Shown in pieces: positions 56,097-64,000 of a DNA stretch of 64,000 bases. Every line of letters starts with the position of its first letter. The stretch's first letter is position 1. Position numbers and translations under genes: made by a program. Origin of the DNA: Felis catus. Lineage: Eukaryota. The stretch spans positions 103,292,001 through 103,356,000 of the forward strand of contig NC_058371.1 of the NCBI RefSeq assembly GCF_018350175.1, written 5' to 3'. The notes below the pieces were generated by a model. That model was not told where the DNA came from, did no database searches, and saw only the letters and a program-made list of their open reading frames with translations.

Positions 56097-58264
56097 TAAA
56101 GGGGCTTCCTCTCCCCAGGCTGCCGTGATCTGTTTTTAATTCTTGCTCTCGAGGAGAGAGCTTGCTTTGACATTATGCTCACACAGATGTGGAGCTCTTG
56201 CAGTGGACTTTTTTCTTTCTCTGAGCACCATTTCTTTTTTAAGTGGATTTCAGCAGTATTTTTCATTTTTCGGATATCTGAATTAATCATAACTGGAAAC
56301 CTAAGCTAGAATCTACTTGAGCTTGGTAGTCAGGTGTATTAAAAGTTAATGTTTTTAAATAACAATTTAAGTGTGAAATATGAAATTTCTCTTTTAGTAG
56401 ATATGTTTTAAAACTAAAAAATGATGCTCTTGTGCCTTAAAGTTTTGTAGTAAAAATCTATTTTTTAAATTTATATTTCTCCCATATTGGAGAAAATTAC
56501 TGCATTTTGACATGGGAATTTAATGTATCGGGATTAATAAAGCAGGTATTATTTGAATTCCTTCTAATGGCCAGCTAAACAATAAAACCCATATAAAATT
56601 TGACTGTCACTTAGATTTTATCTGTTTAGCACATGGTAAATGTATTTTGGTTTAGGGATCGAATCTGTTGCACGGAGTTGAACAGATGGCTGTATCGTCA
56701 GAGTTAACTTTTCACTTCCTCAGTGTCTTTTCCTTAAGAGAGGCTGAGGCTCATGGAACTCCTCATATCCTTCTGTGCCTATGTTTTTCGCACATGTTTA
56801 CATTTGCGCTTGGCTTCTGGGAAATGTGTGGAAAGATGTCTTTCTGGACATGAGGAAAGTGGATTTCTCTTCTCCCATCTTGTTTATTCCCACATTCAGG
56901 AGAACAGGATAATCAGTACTCAGCTTCTGTATCCTATGTTTGTTCATTGTTCAAAAAGTATCTCCTTTAATGTTAAAGTTATAGCAGCTAATATGAGTGT
57001 GTCTACTGCCTCCTATTTTGCATCATTGCTTGGACTACATATTTAGGGTAAGCTGTCTCTGAAAGTTCTGGGTGGTAGAAAGTATGGCCATGCAAAATAC
57101 AGCTTCAGGATGATTATCAATAGGACTTTACATTGTTCTGATTTCTTTCTTTCCTTTTGAAGAATATATGGCTGATTTAGGGAGGATGGCATTTTCCTGA
57201 ATTCATTAAACTTGGGCCTTCACTATGCTTACAAAAGGCAAGCATAACTTTTTGATAGACCTGTCTTCATAGTTTTTTTTTAAGCTGTTATGTTTAAAAT
57301 GCTGTTCTTAATTTTCTCCATCTTTGTCTGCAATGTATTATAACAAATCTTTCATGTCATTTTTAAAGTTAACTTTGCTGAACTAAGTAAAAAACCAGAT
57401 GCATACTGAAACTCTGGAAACTTGCATTCTTTTTATTTGGGCATGTGGTCTTCAGGCTGTGCTATAAGCATAATTTCTGTGAGGCTTCTTGTAATTGGCC
57501 TTGGATTTTATAATATTACTGATTCTGGAAACTCATGTTGACTTTGTAGGAAATAATTTATAAAAGGAAGTTTTTTTTTTTATTTTTCTGTGTTGTGGAA
57601 ACATACAAAATATGGAATGTACAATATTAGCCAAAGGTCACTATACACAATTTTTGTTGAGATTGGTGTACAATCTGTCTTTCATTCATAGCCCCTCTTT
57701 TGTCTCTCCCTTTTCTTCTATGAGATACATAGACATTTGGAGAAAGAATATTCCACATCAGAACAGCAAGCAAAGCAGTGTTCACACATATGATTGTAGA
57801 ACCTTCTATACCTGAAAGTGCCCTTAACCCACATTGTACTGAAACTTGCGGTACTTGGGTGACTGTGTATTCAGTAGGGTTGTGTTAATTTTTCATACAT
57901 CTCCTACTATTGTAAATAATGTGTTCCTGAATGGTTTTGAAAGTTGAATCTGAAAGTAAAAAAAAAAAAAAATCAGACTTACCTGAATATAGCAAAACTA
58001 AAATAGTATAAAGTCTAGTTATGGCTTTGTAGATACTGTTGTCCTTCAACCTAGGGAAGCTGGTAGAATGATAATGACCTTCATAGTTACCCAAGAGGAA
58101 ACAGAGAATGAAGGACCTGACTTCCTTAACCCACTTCCATTTTTTTCTTTTGTTTAGAGTCTATGGATGCTAAAACCAATAAATTTTGTATTTATGGGAG
58201 ATAACATTTGTCTGCACTCTCGGGTGAATTGTTATAAATTTTTAAAATATTTTTTTTTTCTTCA

Positions 58265-58460
58265 GGCTCCAGGGTGTCATAGTTGGTTAGGCATATAGCT
58301 CTTGATTTCGGCTCAGGTCATGATCTCATGGTTGTGAGATAGAGCCCCGCAGAGCATGGAGCCTGCTTGACATTCTGTCCCTTCCTCTTCCTCTGTCCTT
58401 CCTTCTGTCCCTCCCTTGCTTGCATATGCTCACTCTCTCTCTCTCTCTCAAAAAAAAAAT
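58265..58460 (+). mobile_element. Can-SINE (diverged)
   Basis: ctcttgatttcggctcaggtcatgatctc; (CT)n; poly(A). Confidence 0.85.
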
Positions 58461-59977
58461 TAGTTTTTTTCTCAAAAGAGCTTGGATTCCAATTCTAGGA
58501 TGAAGAATAGAAGACGACAGGAGGAGGGAAAAGTTTGGAGAGTAGGGATGGGGGTATGGTGCATTGCCTGTGATTCCAGCTGTAGGGACAGTAGCAGGAA
58601 CATGAGGATAAAGTAAGAGGTGTGGTTGGGAATGTCTCAGTTCTATCTCTGTTCTCTCCCTCAGGGAAAGGATAGGGTCTAGTCTTAAAGAACAGCTGGT
58701 ATGAGGGATAAGACAGAGCAACAAAAGATTATGAATTGAAAGAGGGAAATGCCAGCTAGTGCAAGCTAGAAAAGAAGGAATATTCCTCTTCTGTGCCCCC
58801 CTCCCCTGCCGTGTATGTAATCTATATGTATAGAGATACTCATTTTGCTGGGGAGAATTTTCTCCTTTAGTAGCCATGTTTTTTGTCAATCACTATGAAA
58901 AATTTTCTTGGCTGTAACATTCAGCATGCTAAACATAGTGCATTATATGAAACAAGTAACTTAAATAATAAGAACAAATTCATACTTTCTTTTTCTAAAA
59001 GTGTATAATCACAGTCCTATAATAAAATAAAATCATCTTGTAATTTTTTTTAATGTCTTGGAGTTTTTTCAAAATAATAGAGAAATGGGGAAGTAGATGG
59101 GGTTGAGGTTGAGGTTGAGGCAAGAATAGCCATGGATTTGTCATTGTTGGGGCCAGGTGTGGGTACATGGTGGTTCGTCATATTATTTGATTACTTCAGA
59201 TATACAAATTTGTGTATTTGAAATTAATTAAAAGTTGAAGAAACACTCTGTGATTATTTGTGGTAGTGCAGATGACATTACATCATATTTGAAAAAAAAT
59301 GTTTTATTGAGTCTTCATTTCTATAACCACTGTGAAATTTGAAATATGAAATGAGCTACTGTAATCACTGTGTAAGAAGACAAAATTGGTCTTGTTTTGA
59401 TTTGTATAATAATACAAATGTTGATATAATGTTTTGATGTACTTGATTTTGGTTTATTCTGGTTTTTGACATTAATATGAGAAAGTATATGCTCACAGAT
59501 TTTGTAGGAATCTAGTGCTGGAAAGAATAATCTATAAATTCCATCTTAAAAAACACAGAGGATTAAATGAAATATTCTCTTAAAATTTAAAGCAAGTAGC
59601 AAAATCAACTTATGAATTAATAAAACCATTTTTTTCTTTTATAAACACATTTCATTAAATTACAATTTTTCATGTAAGTGTGCTTTTTCTCTTTTAATTC
59701 TACATTAGTTTATGGAAAGGTGAAATGCCTATTTTATATATGTAGAAAGTGGTATATCATGCTGAATATTTTTCAAATTTAAAAAGAAAGGGTTTAAATC
59801 CAGTTTAATGGCTATAACTATAACATTGAACATTTTGGAATTCTAAGTTGTTAACTTAGAATAACTTAGAATAACTTGTATAACATCTTGTTAAGATGAA
59901 ATACTTGTTTAGAAATTATATATCACCTAGAAACATTGTATCTGATGCTCTTCATATTCTCATTTAAATCATGATGA

Positions 59978-60130
<153 letters not shown>

Positions 60131-61249
60131 TAGAGCCTGCCATGAAAATTTTTAATTGATTTTTTTATAAAGACAGAGCTTTGTCATCAATTTATACACT
60201 AGCATATTCTAAAATGCAAGACTGATATGCAGAGACTGATATGCAGAAAAGTGAGCTCTTGTAAAAGTATATTTTGAGTTTCAAGTTTTTTTAGTTGCTG
60301 TTTGCTCAGGAAATACTATGTATTTGATGGAAACATATAAGTTTTGTGGATTTACAATATGCCCTGCAATGGCATTTAGCTATTAAGATGCATGCATCTT
60401 ATAGTAAAGTCCGACAAAACAAAGACAAGAGCTCCTTATTTTGAAGAACTAAAAATAATGTGCAAGTATGTCAAAGTGTTGTTAGCAGAAACAAATGATT
60501 ATATTAGAAGAAAATAAATTTAATGCATTTTGTAATAAATATAAAACTTATTACTAACTTACAAATTTAATGTGAAAGGTTAACCTGAAAAATATACCAG
60601 GGTTATTAACCTTAACAACATTAGCACTATTTAATAGAATTTACAATAGAATAGAGCTAAAATAAAATTTAGATTTTTGTTCTTATTGTGACAAATTCTA
60701 GAAGAACTCTTATATTATCAGATAAATGATTATTTTTTAATTTCACATCACTTTTCAGAATATCTAGGAGCGTATAATATTTTCTTTTAGTGATTTAATA
60801 TTGAAGAGAGTATATAGTACTAGTGAATATAAAATTTTACTTTTCTTATGGTTTACAAAATGAATTTATCTCTTTATTGTATATAGATATATTCCAAAGT
60901 AACCTGAATGGCTTTAAAATTCATGATATTCAATCTGATAGTTCTAACTATGTGCTGTGGGTTTAATCTATAAACACACAAGATAGTTAGATTCCAAAGA
61001 TGTCCAAGATTGTATTTTATATGTTGGGTGATTTTGATCCTCAGGGAGAAATAACGGAACAAGCAGTGGACTGAGAGTGAGGACAGTGGGTGTCATCTTC
61101 TGTCCCTAACACTCCATGTAACATTGGGCCTCTGTTCTCTCTTTTATTAAATGTGACTTGGAATGGGTCCATGCTTTTTAATTTTTTCTCCAAGTGCCAT
61201 GAGCTGTTTTGTTTGTTTGTTTCTAAATGGTTTTCTAATAGGATTGTTT

Positions 61250-61344
61250 AAACATGTAGAACACATCAAGAATTTACATATAATTCTTATGCACCGGTCA
61301 TGCTAATCTTCACTGTAACATTCTAATTTTAGTATTTGCACTGC
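61250..61344 (-). pseudogene. Decayed U6 snRNA retropseudogene
   Basis: Essentially ungapped by-eye alignment to the reverse complement of U6 (catgctaatcttc.ctgta.c.ttc.aattttagtat), roughly three-quarters identical; U6 5' end missing; T-rich tract on the left could be an eroded tail. Confidence 0.88.
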
Positions 61345-61847
61345 TCACTTCATCCCTATGGCTTCCGAAGCAGAATCTTAGTCTGAGGCAAAAAGATGAA
61401 ATCCAATTTAGTAGATATTTTCTAAATATCTTCTTACTTGTATAATTCTATGATTTCTTTCCCTGGTCTATTTACATCTTAAGAAGTTGAAATTTAAGAT
61501 AGTTTACCAGATTAAAGATTGTACTAAACAGAGTGTTTCAACAAAGTTGCTTGTGGGACCTATTTCTGAAAAGTGTTCTCTTTTCCATTTATTTTCTTCA
61601 TAATATAAGAACTTTTTCCCCAAGGAATGTCTTGGTAGAGCCAAATACTACTTGGTGATGGTAGAACACAGCACCCAAATTATCTCTGCAAAATGTTAAT
61701 AACTTATTAGCTGAATGCAGCACTTCCTTCATTACAGCATGGCTCATCTAATTTAGCCTTTCTGAATCCATAGACAGCTTTTGTTGACTTCCGTTTCTGA
61801 CTCTGTTCTTAATAGTTGGGTATGTTGAATGTCTAATAGAGTTTGGT

Positions 61848-61880
61848 TGCAGTATTTAACCTTGCCAGTAGAGGGTGCTG
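61848..61880 (+). promoter_or_regulatory. Candidate CTCF site: core GCCAGTAGAGGGTGCTG with upstream TGCAGTATT motif
   Basis: Core fits CCASYAGRKGGCRS with one mismatch; TGCAG lies 12 nt upstream of CCAG. Confidence 0.6.
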
Positions 61881-64000
61881 TATGAATATGCCAAATTACA
61901 TAATAGTCTGGAATAGTATCTTACATTACTATATACTATTTTATGTTACAATAAGACATATTATAACCCTTCTTGAAAATTGTTTATTTAGGGACTTCAA
62001 AATTGTAATTTAATATGCTCCATATCAACTAGTAAGCTGAACATTTTGAAAATTGTGCTTTATTTATCATTAGGTGTAAATAAATAGTATTACCAAATTT
62101 GGTCGTTTTATTAAGCTTTTTTAGGATTTTTGAAGATAGCTGTGGCCTGAATTTTCCACTATAAATAATATAGTCAATGCAAAAGTGCTTTCATATACAG
62201 TGAATATTCTGTTTTATAATTATGGAAAATTAATTCAACTGAACCTTTAAAAAGTGTTTCATGTTTCAGGAGCCGTGAGAGTTAAGAAGTGAAAAAACAT
62301 GGGTACTATTCTGCAATATTTTATTTAACATTTAACACTTTATATATGGATGAATAATTTAAAAAAAATTATGTATTAATATAAGTTTTATATTAAAATG
62401 AAAATACACTAAATATATTTTCATTGATGTATGGCTCAGAAAGCACATAATCTTTTTTAGGAGATATTGTTATTATAAAAGACATATATTACAGAAACAT
62501 AGAGTTTAAGAATATAAATCTGTTCTTACTATCTTTAAATAAACAATACACATAATATTGCTCCTTAACCAAAACCATGTGAAGGTCTTTGATGATTGAA
62601 CAGACTGTCTTTAAAATGGCTCAGGCTGAAAGTTTTACTTCTAACTGTGTAGCACTTGCTTTCTAAGTACTTGTGTGGGTCCCACATTTTTTGCCTGAGG
62701 AATCATAGAATGCTTTGGACTCCATATATTCACTAATTGAGAATAGATGACACTGCATATAAGCAGAGGTATAAGTCAGACTCTAGGGGAATAACATCAT
62801 TCTGCTTCTGCCTTGTTTATCTACATTTTCTGTGCTTTTCCCAACTGAGTTTTCTGACTCACCAAGAATCAGATCTGACAAAGGCAGAAGGTGGATTGGC
62901 AGCCTCAGACCTGCCGTGAGGTTGGGCATCGAATGAAGTCCCAGACTCAGACGTGGGACCTGGTAATTTTCCCTAGCTTTTGTTTCCCTGCCTTGTCCCC
63001 TCTTTTCAGTCTCTCTGTTTTGAGTTCTTCCATGGCCACTTAGATCGAGGGAGCCAATTACCAGGATACAACCCAGTCTTCTACTCATGACTCACTCAGT
63101 TCTTGGCCCTCTGCCTTGACTTCCCTCTGCAGTGGCCCTCGTTATTCTGCAGGGGTAATCACAGCACCTTGTCTTTCTGCACAAGGGCCTTTGCTTCTCT
63201 GGTGTTTACTATTGTGGGCTTTACCTTTAGTGAGGTTGAAGCAAATGTAACTTCACCAGAACTATTTTAGAATCTTCAGCAAAACAGTGTGATGCTCTTG
63301 TTCATTGGGGGTGATCAACATTTCTAATATGAGGCTTCTTGCAATACATTCCTCTTAGAACTTTGTGCATTGTTTCTGATAATAAAATGGGCTTCTACTT
63401 TTCATACCACCTATACAATTTCTCTGTTTAGTGTCTCAGAGGGAAAGAGCTAAAGTTAATATTCAGTTGTAATACTTATTAGCCAGCTGTTTGATAAAGT
63501 CATGTTCCCTACTTATTATAGTTTTTGATCTTTTCTTTTTATTGTGGTCTTCCTATCATGTAAGAATTTTACTTTGAGCTAAATGTTTTTCGGAATCATA
63601 TATCTTCTTGTCTTTCATGGTAATTCATGTTTTTTTCTGTACTATATACATTTAAATTTAAAATAGCTTCACTACTGTAAAAGGAATATTATCACATACA
63701 GGTTCTATATTTCCAAATCTAAATTTGTGCATAACAAAAAGAGTTCGTGTCAGTTAGGTATAACTTTTTACAGAGTGTAGAAATTTAATATGCACTAAAT
63801 AGGTCAGCTATACCACATATTTCAATAGTGTGCTGCAATCTTGTATTTTCTTTTGTTTGTTTTTATTAGGTACCAGGTTCACTGCATTTTCAATTTATAT
63901 AAGATAGTGTGAATAAAGCAGAGCTGAATTACAATATACATAGATATTGAAATAGCAGCTATCCACATATTTATACTTTACTTGAGCTCTATATAATTTA

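Noticed and set aside
57977-57985. Perfect donor on the minus strand (ACTTACCTG), also like the U1 5' end
   Set aside because: Only 9 nt, with no further U1 homology or antisense exon evidence.
58326-58889. Longest ORF, 187 aa on the minus strand
   Set aside because: Runs into a SINE, no recognisable domain; consistent with chance.
63843-63880. Strong pyrimidine tract + TAG as acceptor of PRDM5 exon 9
   Set aside because: Downstream sequence does not encode the expected IHE continuation completing finger 5.

Overview
Mammalian (felid-type carnivore) genomic DNA, not a microbial region: AT-rich, with about two dozen tRNA-derived Can-SINEs, a young felid-type L1 3' end, older L1/L2/CR1/MIR/MaLR/ERVL/DNA-transposon relics and four short N-gaps. 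The window lies inside the PRDM5 gene (+ strand). Six coding exons were delimited by eye (28497-28619, 51829-52003, 54292-54466, 55595-55687, 55949-56070, 59997-60076; 768 nt = 256 codons, all AG/GT-bounded and phase-compatible, no stops). They encode the C-terminal part of the PR/SET domain, an acidic linker and zinc fingers 1-5 (the fifth incomplete). By recalled human structure these are exons 3-8; the start and the remaining fingers are outside the window. I found no convincing new multi-gene system. Best leads: (1) a 93-nt symmetric exon with a weak donor and downstream GCATG motifs whose skipping would fuse two atypical C2HC fingers into one canonical C2H2 finger; (2) a young L1 with two poly(A) tails and a 72-nt tag inside one TSD (3' transduction candidate); (3) a CTCF core plus upstream motif; (4) a decayed U6 retrocopy; (5) inverted SINE pairs around exons. 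Repeat boundaries and subfamily names are by-eye approximations.
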